Notes: generated by a model from the sequence alone, not told the origin. A stretch of DNA of 33,147 nt from Candidatus Sumerlaeota bacterium (GCA_035353095.1 DAOPYU010000001.1:1-33147), one strand, 5' to 3'. Numbered from the stretch's first letter, positions 8,059-17,095 are shown. Translations and numbers: made by a program.

Positions 8059-8784
8059 TCAGATGAAATCCGGGTATTCGTAGTGCAGCAGGTGAATGGG
8101 GGATTCGTCCGGTTCTATTTCGGGAAAGCGCTGGCAGTTGAGATCGAAAAACCGGTAGTCGTTCCTTTCGTCGCAGGTACTGGAGATACTGCCGACGATG
8201 CAACTGGCCTTTTCGGCCCAGTATTTGTAATAAATTCCCGCTTGCAGGGTCAGGCCGTCTCCGGGAACCAGGCGGACAATCCCACCCGCTTTGACATTGT
8301 AAGCGATACCGTTGACCTGAAGGGGAATGCGGCTTTTTTCATCCAGATTGTGTTCCGGTGTGGACTGGTACACCTGGATTACCAGGTCGCCTCCTCCGCG
8401 ATTGATCAGGTCGTGAGTGCGGTGTTTCAAGGCAAGGAGGGGAAGGGCCTGGTGGAGTTGGACCAGCAGGATCTTTTCCGAATAGTGCCGACCCAGCCCG
8501 TTCAAAGTTTCCGCTGGAATCTTTTCGGAAACCTCCTGATCCGATTTTCTGGAAGGTTGTCCATTGCGCAGCATGAACGAAGTCATCCCCTGGCTGAGAA
8601 AATCACCCAGCCCGAAATCGGTCACGTCCCAACCCAGTTGGCAATCCTTGATGGCCTGCATTTCTTCGCCGGAATAGTCCCAGTTGACAACGCTCCAGGC
8701 CGCCCATTTGGGCAGTTTGAAGCGGTACGCTTCAAAGAAGTCACGCGCAAGGAGAATGGTGGCGTTGATTTCGGAGCGTTTCAC
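8059..8784 (-). CDS. D-lyxose/D-mannose isomerase-family cupin, with atypical residues at the expected metal-ligand positions
   Basis: MKRSEIN-type N-terminus if the GTG at 8784 is used (GAGG lies 6 nt upstream; the ORF track starts at TTG 8796). Family-like blocks LGWDVTDFGLGDF...FMLRNG, DLINRGGGDLVIQVY and FPEIEPDE. See the finding on the degenerate HXH...E...H positions. Confidence 0.65.
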   Translation of the reverse strand: MKRSEINATILLARDFFEAYRFKLPKWAAWSVVNWDYSGEEMQAIKDCQLGWDVTDFGLGDFLSQGMTSFMLRNGQPSRKSDQEVSEKIPAETLNGLGRHYSEKILLVQLHQALPLLALKHRTHDLINRGGGDLVIQVYQSTPEHNLDEKSRIPLQVNGIAYNVKAGGIVRLVPGDGLTLQAGIYYKYWAEKASCIVGSISSTCDERNDYRFFDLNCQRFPEIEPDESPIHLLHYEYPDFI

Positions 8785-8828
8785 GCAGGACCTCAATCCG
8801 TTTCGTGGTGTCTCTTTTCCCGTTTCCT

Positions 8829-11408
8829 TCAGGGGGCCGTTGTGATGACTGCGAACTGACTGGTGTCAATGCCGGGGATGGTACTGTTGACATAGGCGGT
8901 GCCTTTCAGCGGCGCACCCGCTCCGAGGAGAATTTTCCCGATCTTGCCCAGACAGGTGGGATTTTCTCCCGCGAAACCGGCGTAGAAGGTGGCGGAAATG
9001 CTACTCGTGGCCGAAATTGTTTCCAGGTCGCTCAGCGCCTGGATGCGTGTTGCGTCCGGCGTCTCCGGCGAGCCGATAAACCCGCCGACAGTTCCGGTTG
9101 CCGTTTTCGCGCCTTTGGCATTGAGGGATTTGATGGGAGTCGTTGAAATCAGGCGTCGCGCCGTCAATCCCGCCCGGATGGGAACCAGACTGGAAGCCGT
9201 TTTGAAAGCCCCGCCGGTGACCGATATTTTCGAGATTTCTCCCATCAGGAAGTCTGGCGCCAGTGGGGCGGCGGTCAGGGTCAGGTTGTCCAGGGCGCCA
9301 GTCAGGAAAACGGAGTCGTATTCCGACGACAGGGTCGGGAGCCCGGCTGCCTGGGCCATGAGGCGGGAGCATTTCCCAATTCCTGCCAGACTGTAGGTTT
9401 TCGCTTTCTTCGGACTGACAAAGGCCTTGGAAGCGACCGACATTTTCCGGACCGGTTGCCAGGTGGTGAAGTTTTCGATCATGATGCCGGTGAAGGCCGC
9501 ATCCAGGGGGTATTTCAGGTGGACCTGATCTTCGGAATCTTTCGACATGGCGATCGAACAGATGGCCGCCTGTCCCGAGACGAAGTCGGCCTGCGCGGCC
9601 ATCCGGATTTTCTGAATTCCGGCGGCTTCGACGGTTTCGATGTTGGCGGAGGCCGTGTTCAGGTTTCCGATGGACCCGGTGCAATTCAGATCCCAGACGT
9701 CGCAATTCGAGTAGAAACGGCCCAGATCGCCAGTGATTGAAACCCTGCGGAGCATGCGCAGATCACGGAGATAGAAGCACTGCCCATAGAGGGGATCCGC
9801 GATCGGCGGGATTCTCTTCAGGAGGGACACCTTGACCCAGCTGTCCGTGTCGGTATCCGAAACGGTCAGATTTCCGTACCCGTCCGTGGTCACTTTGCAG
9901 TGTTTGAAAGTCACCTTGTAGTTCTTCTCGAACCCCTCATCGCGGAAGGTGGCCAGAAAGGCGTTTTGTGCGCCATCCAGGGTGGTATCGTTTCCGCCCG
10001 AGATCCAGTCATCGGAATTGGTTCCTCCCACCACATGGATCTCGCCGTTACCGCTTAACGCAATGGCGCGTCCGTTCTCGTCATTGCTCCCTCCCAGGAA
10101 GGTGGACCACAGGTGTCGTCCCGTGCCGGTGAGTTTGGCCAGATACGCGTCCGATTTTCCCTGATTTTCCATCAGGGAACCGCCTCCGACCCATTCGGCG
10201 GAGGCGGTATAACCGGTCAGGAAGATATTGTCGGAACCGTCCACGAGGAGATCCGCGCCGGTGTCGCTTTTGTCTCCGCCCAGATAGGTGGACCAGAGCA
10301 GCTGACCGTAATCCGAAAATTTGGCCACCAGCACGTCCCGCATTCCTCCGAAAGTGGTGTCGAACCCTCCAGACATCCAGTCACTCTCAAGAAGGTCACT
10401 TGCGGAATCGGTGTATCCAACGACGATCGGGCTGCCTTGAGTGTCCAGTGCGACCCCCGTTATGACATCCGTATTGCGGTCACCGAGGTAACTCGACCAG
10501 ATATGGGCGCCGGTATTGCTCAGACAGGCCAGAAAGCCGTCCTGGTCGGTGGGACCATTTTCATGGTGGGTATCGAAACCCTTCGCGATCCAGCCATCGG
10601 AGAAGGTATAACCGCCCACATAGACCCGGTCTCCGTTTCGGACGGCGATGGCCTGGGCCACGTCTTCTTCATTGCCTCCCAAATAAGTGGACCAGAGGTG
10701 CGTGCCACTTTCGGAAAGTTTGACGACGAAACCGTCCTTGTTTCCATTCTGGGACAGATCGAATCCCCCGGAGATCCACCCGTCCGAACTGGTTTCTCCC
10801 GCGACATAAATGTTCTCGTTACTGTCGAGAGCGACAGAATAAGCAATGTCCACATTGCTGGCGCCCAGATAGGTGGACCAGACCGTCTGGCCGTTGTTGT
10901 TGAGTTTGATCACAAAACCGTCCTGGTTGCCGCCATAGGCGGTGTCGTAGCCGTTCACGACCCAATTGGCTGAAAGGGTCCCTCCGACCACATACACATT
11001 GCCCGTTGGACTGACCGCCATATCGTAGGTAGTTTCGTTTCCCGCCCCCCCCAGATAGGTGGCCCAGAGAAACGCGCCCGTGCTGGAAAACTTGGCGACG
11101 AAGGCGTCCCGTCCTCCGTTGCGGGTGGTATCCAGCGAACCGGTGATCCAGTGGTCGGAGCTGGTGTCTCCGGCCACATAGACGTTCCCCTCGGAGTCCA
11201 CGCCCACTCCCCGCGCAATGTCCTTGTTGTTTCCTCCCAGATAGGTTGACCAGGCGGAAGTCAAACCGTGTGTGGTCTGGATTTCCTGGGCCTGTCCGGC
11301 TGTCTGGAGCAACAGCCAGGCAATTGCGGCGAACATGAGCCCGGCAATATGGATCCACTTCCGGGAAGAGCATGCCGTGGATTTCCGGAAAATGGCGGAA
11401 TGTACCAT
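8829..11408 (-). CDS. secreted SBBP-type beta-propeller repeat protein (7 repeats) with a roughly 360-aa C-terminal region of unknown fold
   Basis: N-terminal signal-like segment (KWIHIAGLMFAAIAWLLLQTAGQAQE). Seven roughly 60-aa repeats each contain W(S/A)T(Y/F)LGG...D.A..(I/V)A.D..GN.YV.G.T.S..W...G.D...(N)G..D(A/G)FV.K(F/L). GGAGAA RBS before ATG 11408. Ends 44 nt upstream of the cupin gene on the same strand. Confidence 0.75.
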   Translation of the reverse strand: MVHSAIFRKSTACSSRKWIHIAGLMFAAIAWLLLQTAGQAQEIQTTHGLTSAWSTYLGGNNKDIARGVGVDSEGNVYVAGDTSSDHWITGSLDTTRNGGRDAFVAKFSSTGAFLWATYLGGAGNETTYDMAVSPTGNVYVVGGTLSANWVVNGYDTAYGGNQDGFVIKLNNNGQTVWSTYLGASNVDIAYSVALDSNENIYVAGETSSDGWISGGFDLSQNGNKDGFVVKLSESGTHLWSTYLGGNEEDVAQAIAVRNGDRVYVGGYTFSDGWIAKGFDTHHENGPTDQDGFLACLSNTGAHIWSSYLGDRNTDVITGVALDTQGSPIVVGYTDSASDLLESDWMSGGFDTTFGGMRDVLVAKFSDYGQLLWSTYLGGDKSDTGADLLVDGSDNIFLTGYTASAEWVGGGSLMENQGKSDAYLAKLTGTGRHLWSTFLGGSNDENGRAIALSGNGEIHVVGGTNSDDWISGGNDTTLDGAQNAFLATFRDEGFEKNYKVTFKHCKVTTDGYGNLTVSDTDTDSWVKVSLLKRIPPIADPLYGQCFYLRDLRMLRRVSITGDLGRFYSNCDVWDLNCTGSIGNLNTASANIETVEAAGIQKIRMAAQADFVSGQAAICSIAMSKDSEDQVHLKYPLDAAFTGIMIENFTTWQPVRKMSVASKAFVSPKKAKTYSLAGIGKCSRLMAQAAGLPTLSSEYDSVFLTGALDNLTLTAAPLAPDFLMGEISKISVTGGAFKTASSLVPIRAGLTARRLISTTPIKSLNAKGAKTATGTVGGFIGSPETPDATRIQALSDLETISATSSISATFYAGFAGENPTCLGKIGKILLGAGAPLKGTAYVNSTIPGIDTSQFAVITTAP

Positions 11409-11775
11409 GTCTGTTTCTCCAGATAGAAGAAAGGGTGTGGGGAAAGAACCGGATGACCTCGTGTGTTCCCGGGTGTTTCGGATTCCCCTCGAAAAAGCCC
11501 GTTTTGCTCAGGGAACGCTTCTTCGTGAAGCGAGTCATTTCGAGAGAGAAAACAGACCTTTCACCGAATCAACAGGAGGGCTTCCATCTATCGCCTCGCC
11601 TGAAAAATTAGCGCGATTTGCAACCCAATGTCAAGCAATTCAGGCCTTGGTCTCGGTTGGCGGACGTTCCGGGTCTTGAGATATTTCAAGTTCCTGATGG
11701 GTTTCTCCTGTCGGATGATTTGATATTCATGATCCACTCGACGGCATTTTTTATTTCAAAAGCGTGGGGTAGAAG

Positions 11776-11804
11776 TTGACAGAAGGGAAAAGTGTGGGTA
11801 CGAT
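11776..11804 (+). promoter_or_regulatory. candidate sigma70-type promoter for the first oxidoreductase/HEAT module
   Basis: TTGACA (11776-11781), 17-nt spacer, TACGAT (11799-11804), about 120 nt upstream of ATG 11924. Pattern match only. Confidence 0.35.
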
Positions 11805-11923
11805 CCCTGCGGATTTGAAATATTTGAAGAGGGTCTGGGGCGTCGAACGCTGGTCGGGACGCGCCCTGTCCCTGAGTGAGTTTGTGCGTGGGTTGATTTC
11901 ACCAGAGGAACAGGGAGATTGCC

Positions 11924-13225
11924 ATGTTGCAGAAGAACGGGAAAATGGCGCGCCGTGAATTCCTGGCGCGCGCGGCGATTCTGGCTTCGGCGCCGTACAT
12001 TGTGCCAGCGTCGGTCTTGGGTCGCAACGGAACGGTTCCCCCCAGTGAACGGATTCTGATGGGGGGAATTGGGATTGGGGGCCGCGGTTCGTTTGACCTG
12101 AATTGGATGATGGAAGAACCCGACATCCAGTTTGTGGCGATTTGCGATGCCCGCAAGGAGCGCCGCGAGGCGGTCAAGAAAACCATTGATGACCGTTATG
12201 GCACGAAAGATTGTGCCATGTACCGCGACATTCGGCAATTTCTGGCGGAACGCACGGATATTGACGGGGTGTTGATTGCCACGGGCGACCGGTGGCATGC
12301 CACGGCGGCCACGATGGCGTTGCGGGCGGGGAAGGATGTGTATTCCGAAAAACCCTCATCCATGACGGTGGCCGAAGGCCAGAAGGTGGTCGAGGCCGCG
12401 CGGCGGCATGGACGGATCTACCAGACGGGAACACAGCGGTTGAGTGAGGGTAATTTCATTTTCTGCGACGAGATGGCCCGGCTGGGCCGGTTGGGAAAGG
12501 TCCACACCGTTCGGGCCCACATCGCGCCGTGGGATGCGGCGGAAATGCGGCACGACTGGCTGCCCGGTCAACCGGAACCGGGGCCGGATGTGGTGGATTG
12601 GGACGAGTGGCTGGGGCCGTGTCCCTGGCGGCCGTATCATCCGGAGTATGTGTCGGGCGGATGGCGGGGGCATTACGATTTCCACACCAGCTGTATCGGC
12701 GAGTGGGGGGCGCACACCTTTGCGCAATGCCAGTCGGCCATCAATGCGGGCGATACCTCGGCGGTCGAGTACCACTATGTGAAGAATGCGACCGGGGACG
12801 GCATGGTGGCGCGCTTTGCCAATGGCGTCAACATGGTGCTGCAACTCGAAGGCTGGCGGGGGACCTGCGGGGTCCGCTATGAAGGTTCGGAAGGGTGGGT
12901 TTCGGTGGCGGACGGCTATTCGAAGCCGGATGTTTCGTCCCCTTCGATGCTGGGCGATTACAAGAAGATCGTGGCGGATTATCAGGCGCGTACGCAACGC
13001 CCCTTGAACCACGTGCGCGATTTCTTCGACTGTATTCGTTCGCGCCGTCTGACGATTGCCAATCCGGTGGTGATGCATCGGTCCATGACCACGGTCCATG
13101 CGGCGAATGTCTGCATGTGGTTGAAGCGTGATGTGCGGTTCGATCCGGCGACCGAACGGTTTGTCAACGATCCGGAAGCCGACCGGTATTTGTCTCGTGC
13201 CATGCGTGAGCCCTGGGCTCTGTGA
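11924..13225 (+). CDS. Gfo/Idh/MocA-family NAD(P)-dependent oxidoreductase with twin-arginine (Tat) signal, copy 1
   Basis: Tat motif MARREFLARAAILASAPYIV. Rossmann GGIGIGGRG. ATGDRWHA and EKP motifs are typical of Gfo/Idh/MocA. GGGAGA RBS. Full-length paralog of 15746..17032. Confidence 0.85.
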   Translation: MLQKNGKMARREFLARAAILASAPYIVPASVLGRNGTVPPSERILMGGIGIGGRGSFDLNWMMEEPDIQFVAICDARKERREAVKKTIDDRYGTKDCAMYRDIRQFLAERTDIDGVLIATGDRWHATAATMALRAGKDVYSEKPSSMTVAEGQKVVEAARRHGRIYQTGTQRLSEGNFIFCDEMARLGRLGKVHTVRAHIAPWDAAEMRHDWLPGQPEPGPDVVDWDEWLGPCPWRPYHPEYVSGGWRGHYDFHTSCIGEWGAHTFAQCQSAINAGDTSAVEYHYVKNATGDGMVARFANGVNMVLQLEGWRGTCGVRYEGSEGWVSVADGYSKPDVSSPSMLGDYKKIVADYQARTQRPLNHVRDFFDCIRSRRLTIANPVVMHRSMTTVHAANVCMWLKRDVRFDPATERFVNDPEADRYLSRAMREPWAL

Positions 13226-13263
13226 TTCTCGAACGGGTGTTCGATTGGAAGGAAATCATTCCC

Positions 13264-15210
13264 ATGTTTCTGCTGAATAGAAGCCTTATTCTGGCGCTGG
13301 CGCTGCTGGTGTGTGGCGCGGCCCAGTCGTTCGGGCAGGCCCCACAGCCCGAGGTGAAAAAGAGCGAAAAAGAACTGCTCGATATTCTGAAGTCGGGCGC
13401 GTCTCAAAAGGAAAAGGCGGACGCCTGCCGTCAGTTGTCTCTCGTCGGGTCCAAAGAAGCGGTGGCTGGTTTGGCCGCGTTGTTGACGGACGAAAAAATG
13501 TCGCACATGGCGCGCTATGGGCTCGAAACGATTCCGGACCCGAGCGTGGACGAAGCGTTGCGCGACGCGCTCGGAAAAGTCAAGGGACGGCTCCTGATCG
13601 GGGTCATTGGCAGTTTGGGGGTACGGCACGATGAAAAAGCCGTAGCGCCGTTGCTGGGACTGCTGAAGGACGCCGACGCCGGGGTGGCGCAGGCCGCGGC
13701 CCGGGCCGTGGGCCGTATCGGAACCGCCGACGCCGCCAAGGGGTTGCAGGAGGCGCTCAAGAGCGTTTCACCTGAAAATCGTGTGGCGTTCTGCGAGGGG
13801 GCGATGCGGTGCGCCGAAGCGCTGGTCGCCCGGAAAGAACAGGCGCAGGCCATCGCGATTTACGACCAGTTGCGCGCCTTACCCGATGTGCCGCATCAGG
13901 TGCGGACCGGTGCGATCCGGGGCGCCATTCTGACCCGGGGGACGGAGGGGATTGCGCTCCTGAAGGAAACGCTCCACAGTGGCGATTATGCGCTGGTGAG
14001 TGTTGCAGTTCGGGTGTCCGTGGAAATGCCGGACAAGGCGGTGACGCAGGCGCTCCTGGCGGAGTTGAACCAGTTGTCCGCCGAGGGGCGGATTCTGGTG
14101 GTGATGGCGCTGGGCCGGCGCGGGGATGCGTCGGCGGCGCCTGCTTTGTTCGAGCTGGCCCGGGCGAGCGACAAGCCCTTGCGACTGGCGGCGATTCGCG
14201 CGTTGCCGGAATTGGGCCAGGTCTCGGCGGTCCCCGTTCTGGCGGGGCTGATGGACGAGGCCGATCCGGAAATTTCCCAAGCTGCGCAGACGGCGCTGCT
14301 CGGGTTTCCCGGTCCGGAAGTGGATACGGTGGTGATGGGGTTGTTCAAGAGCGATCAGCCTCAGAAACGGCTGACGGGGATCGAACTGATGGGGCGTCGT
14401 CGCATGGTGGCCTGTGTGCCGGATCTGGTCCAGGCGGCGGGGGACGCGAATGGCGATATTCGCCAGGCCGCTCTCAAGAAAATTGGCGAACTGGGGCGTC
14501 CCGATGATTTCCAGAAGGTGCTGGATCTCCTGATGCAGAGTAAAGAGGCCTCGGACACGAATCTGGCGACGAAGGCGCTGGTGGATGTGTGTGGGCGCGC
14601 GGAAAAGCCGGAAGGGTTCTCCGAGAAACTGACGGCCCTGTTGGCTTCCGCCCAGCCGGACAAGAAGTCCGCTCTCCTGCGTGTTCTGGGCAGCATCGGC
14701 GGAGGGGTTTCCCTGAATGCCATGCGTGGCGCCGCCAAGGATGCGGATGCCGGTGTTCAGGATAACGCCATCCGCTTGATCGCCGCGTGGAAAACGAAGG
14801 ACGCCGCGCCCGACATGCTGACGCTGGCCAAAACGTCCTCGAACGAGTCGCACAAGATCGCGGCGCTTCAGGGGTATCTGCGGCTGGCCCGCGAAGCGGG
14901 ATTGCCGGTGGAAGAAAAACTGGCCATGTGCAAGGAGGCGGCCCCGTTGGCGCAGCGCGATGATGAAAAGCGCCTGCTTCTGGGGGTTCTGCAGGAAATC
15001 CCGTCACCCGAGGCGTTGGCGATGGTGATGACCCACCTCGATAATTCCGCCATTCAGGGAGAGGCAGGGACGGCGGCGGTCTCGGTCTGCGAAAAGATCG
15101 CCGGGCAGAACCGCAAGGAAGTGGCGGAAGCGCTGCAGAAGGTGATTCCGACCCTGAAGAGTGAGGATTTGAAGAAAAAGGCCGAGGAGATCCAGAACAA
15201 GGTGAAGTGA
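13264..15210 (+). CDS. secreted HEAT-repeat (PBS-lyase HEAT-like) protein, copy 1
   Basis: Sec-type signal MFLLNRSLILALALLVCGAAQSFGQ. Repeated A(V/A)P.L..LL.D.D..V...A..ALG.IG units run throughout. The N-terminal 130 aa align with 17096..20191 (LLTDEKMSHMARYGLETIPDP versus LLTDAKLSHSARCVLEPMPYP). Confidence 0.75.
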   Translation: MFLLNRSLILALALLVCGAAQSFGQAPQPEVKKSEKELLDILKSGASQKEKADACRQLSLVGSKEAVAGLAALLTDEKMSHMARYGLETIPDPSVDEALRDALGKVKGRLLIGVIGSLGVRHDEKAVAPLLGLLKDADAGVAQAAARAVGRIGTADAAKGLQEALKSVSPENRVAFCEGAMRCAEALVARKEQAQAIAIYDQLRALPDVPHQVRTGAIRGAILTRGTEGIALLKETLHSGDYALVSVAVRVSVEMPDKAVTQALLAELNQLSAEGRILVVMALGRRGDASAAPALFELARASDKPLRLAAIRALPELGQVSAVPVLAGLMDEADPEISQAAQTALLGFPGPEVDTVVMGLFKSDQPQKRLTGIELMGRRRMVACVPDLVQAAGDANGDIRQAALKKIGELGRPDDFQKVLDLLMQSKEASDTNLATKALVDVCGRAEKPEGFSEKLTALLASAQPDKKSALLRVLGSIGGGVSLNAMRGAAKDADAGVQDNAIRLIAAWKTKDAAPDMLTLAKTSSNESHKIAALQGYLRLAREAGLPVEEKLAMCKEAAPLAQRDDEKRLLLGVLQEIPSPEALAMVMTHLDNSAIQGEAGTAAVSVCEKIAGQNRKEVAEALQKVIPTLKSEDLKKKAEEIQNKVK

Positions 15211-15247
15211 GTGGTTTGTGTCCCAATGGTCCTGAGGATGGTTCAAG

Positions 15248-15280
15248 CGCGGCGCTCCGTTTCGAGAACGGAGCGCCGCG
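15248..15280 (+). terminator. GC-rich hairpin downstream of HEAT gene 1 (probable terminator)
   Basis: Perfect 14-bp stem CGCGGCGCTCCGTT (15248-15261) / AACGGAGCGCCGCG (15267-15280) with a 5-nt loop. The downstream T-tract is weak (TGGTCGTT). Confidence 0.55.
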
Positions 15281-15288
15281 TGGTCGTT

Positions 15289-15507
15289 AAACCGCAGTTG
15301 AGCGCCAACGGCGCGGATTTATACCAGCCTGGGGCAAGCGAAGCGTCGCCCCAGGAAAGGTGTCCCCTTTTTCACAAGGGCTGAAGGCCCGGATTATGGA
15401 AGAGCGGAAAAAGATCTTGATAGTACGGGCTTTCAGCCCTTGCTGGGATAACTGATCGGTTTTCCTGGGGCGATGCCCCTGGCGGGTATAAGACGCGCCT
15501 TTGGCGC
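15289..15507. repeat. nested imperfect palindromic (REP/MITE-like) element; its left flank shares a 26-nt exact string with 26296-26321
   Basis: Outer inverted repeat: GCGCCAACGGCGCGGATTTATACCAGCCTGGGGCA...TCGCCCCAGG (15302-15355) against the reverse complement of CCTGGGGCGATGCCCCTGGCGGGTATAAGACGCGCCTTTGGCGC (15464-15507). Inner inverted repeat: CAAGGGCTGAAGGCCCG (15375-15391) / CGGGCTTTCAGCCCTTG (15426-15442), 1 mismatch. AAACCGCAGTTGAGCGCCAACGGCGC (15289-15314) is identical to 26296-26321. Confidence 0.6.
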
Positions 15508-15745
15508 TTACCGACCGCTTCGAATCCAGCGAAATTCAGGGAAACGGGTTCGTTTCAAAGAGAACCTTGCAGTAGAAGGGGAAAGGCCTGAGCAGATCGT
15601 GCTGATATTTGCGCCGATCGTCAAGGTTTTTACTCCCTCGCTTTCTCATACTCTTTCCGGTCCGTTGTACCGTACAGATGAGCAGAAACCGCCACTGCGC
15701 AGAGATTGTGCTGGTTGGCAAGGGGTTCGGAAAGGGATTTACGCC

Positions 15746-17032
15746 ATGGGTGGAAAATCAGGCAAACCGGTCAACCGTCGGAGTTTTCTGAAACGGGGAA
15801 TAGCGGGAGTGGGGGCCTTCGCCGCGGCTCCTTATGTGATCACCTCGAATGCTCTGGGAGGGGATGGACGACCTCCGGCCAGTGAACGGATTGTCATGGG
15901 CGCCATCGGGTTCGGGGGACGGGGACAGTATGTGACCGATGCCTTCATGTGGAACAAGGATGTCCAGATGGTGGCCGTGTGCGAGGTGCAGGGAGACCGC
16001 CGCAAGGCTGCCAAGGAGATGGTGGATAAGAAGAATGGCAACACCGATTGCAAGGCCTATATTGACCTGCGCGAGTTGATTGCGCGGCCGGATATCGACG
16101 CGGTGGTGATCGCGACGGGCGACAACTGGCATTCGATGGCTTCGATTCTGGCCGCGCGCGCGGGTAAGGACATTTATTGCGAGAAGCCGATGAGCGTCGC
16201 CATTTCCGAAGGACGGGAACTGGCCGAGACCATGCGACGGTTCTCACGGGTTTTCCAGTGCGGCACCCAGCGGCGCAATATCGGAAATTTTGTGTTCGCC
16301 GCCAATCTGGCGCGTTCCGGTCGGCTGGGCAAACTCAAGGAACTCCATGCGGAGAAAGCCGGAGCCGTCTCCGGCGTGTCGTTCACCATTCTGCCGCCGG
16401 AACCTCTTCCGCCTCGTGACGTGGTGGACTGGGACCTGTGGCTGGGACCGGCCGCCTGGCGCGAGTACAATCACAAATACCACACACGCGAATTCTGGTC
16501 CTGGGATGGCGATTTTTCGGGCGGTTCCATCACGGAGTGGGGCAGCCACACGGTGGATATGTGTCAATGGGCCAACGACGCCGACCAGACCGGACCGATT
16601 GAGTATGAGATTCTCAATGAGAAAAAGGATGTGGCGGCCACCTATGCCAACGGTGCGAAGCTGATCATTCGAACCGGTCTTCGGTTTGGCTCGTGTCCCG
16701 TGAAATTCATTGGGGAAGAGGGATGGGTGGAAACCGGCGATTCGGGCGAGATTGAAGCATATCCGGCCTCCCTGCTCGAAGACCGCAAATTCCTCGGTGG
16801 ATATCCGGCGGACAACCATATCCGGGAATTCCTCGATTGTGTCAAGTCGCGTCGTCAGCCCACCTCCAATGCCGACGTGGCGCACCATTCGATCACCGCC
16901 TGCCATGCGGCCAATGTGTGCGTGCGGCTGGGGCGCACGGTGAAATGGGACCCCGCCAAGGAAGAGTTTATCGGCGACGACGAGGCCAACCGCCTTCGTT
17001 CGCGCGCCTACCGGCAGCCGTGGCGGCTTTAG
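15746..17032 (+). CDS. Gfo/Idh/MocA-family oxidoreductase with Tat signal, copy 2
   Basis: Internal ATG 15746 gives MGGKSGKPVNRRSFLKRGIAGVGAFAAAPYVI (Tat RRSFLK). GAIGFGGRG, ATGDNWHS and CEKP motifs. The upstream part of ORF 15473..17032 runs through the palindromic element and is not coding. Confidence 0.85.
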   Translation: MGGKSGKPVNRRSFLKRGIAGVGAFAAAPYVITSNALGGDGRPPASERIVMGAIGFGGRGQYVTDAFMWNKDVQMVAVCEVQGDRRKAAKEMVDKKNGNTDCKAYIDLRELIARPDIDAVVIATGDNWHSMASILAARAGKDIYCEKPMSVAISEGRELAETMRRFSRVFQCGTQRRNIGNFVFAANLARSGRLGKLKELHAEKAGAVSGVSFTILPPEPLPPRDVVDWDLWLGPAAWREYNHKYHTREFWSWDGDFSGGSITEWGSHTVDMCQWANDADQTGPIEYEILNEKKDVAATYANGAKLIIRTGLRFGSCPVKFIGEEGWVETGDSGEIEAYPASLLEDRKFLGGYPADNHIREFLDCVKSRRQPTSNADVAHHSITACHAANVCVRLGRTVKWDPAKEEFIGDDEANRLRSRAYRQPWRL

Positions 17033-17095
17033 GCCATCTCTCTCCTTCGAGTTTTCCGGATTCAGAATTTCTGTTTCAGACAAGGAAACATACTT

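Noticed and set aside
15289-15314. Exact 26-nt repeat (also at 26296-26321) considered as a possible CRISPR repeat
   Set aside because: There are only two copies, 11 kb apart, each embedded in a hairpin or palindrome at a gene end. There is no regular repeat-spacer periodicity and there are no cas genes.
15396-15455. 19-codon mini-ORF (MEERKKILIVRAFSPCWDN) at the apex of the palindromic element
   Set aside because: It is too short to support, has no RBS, and its sequence is dictated by the inverted-repeat arms.
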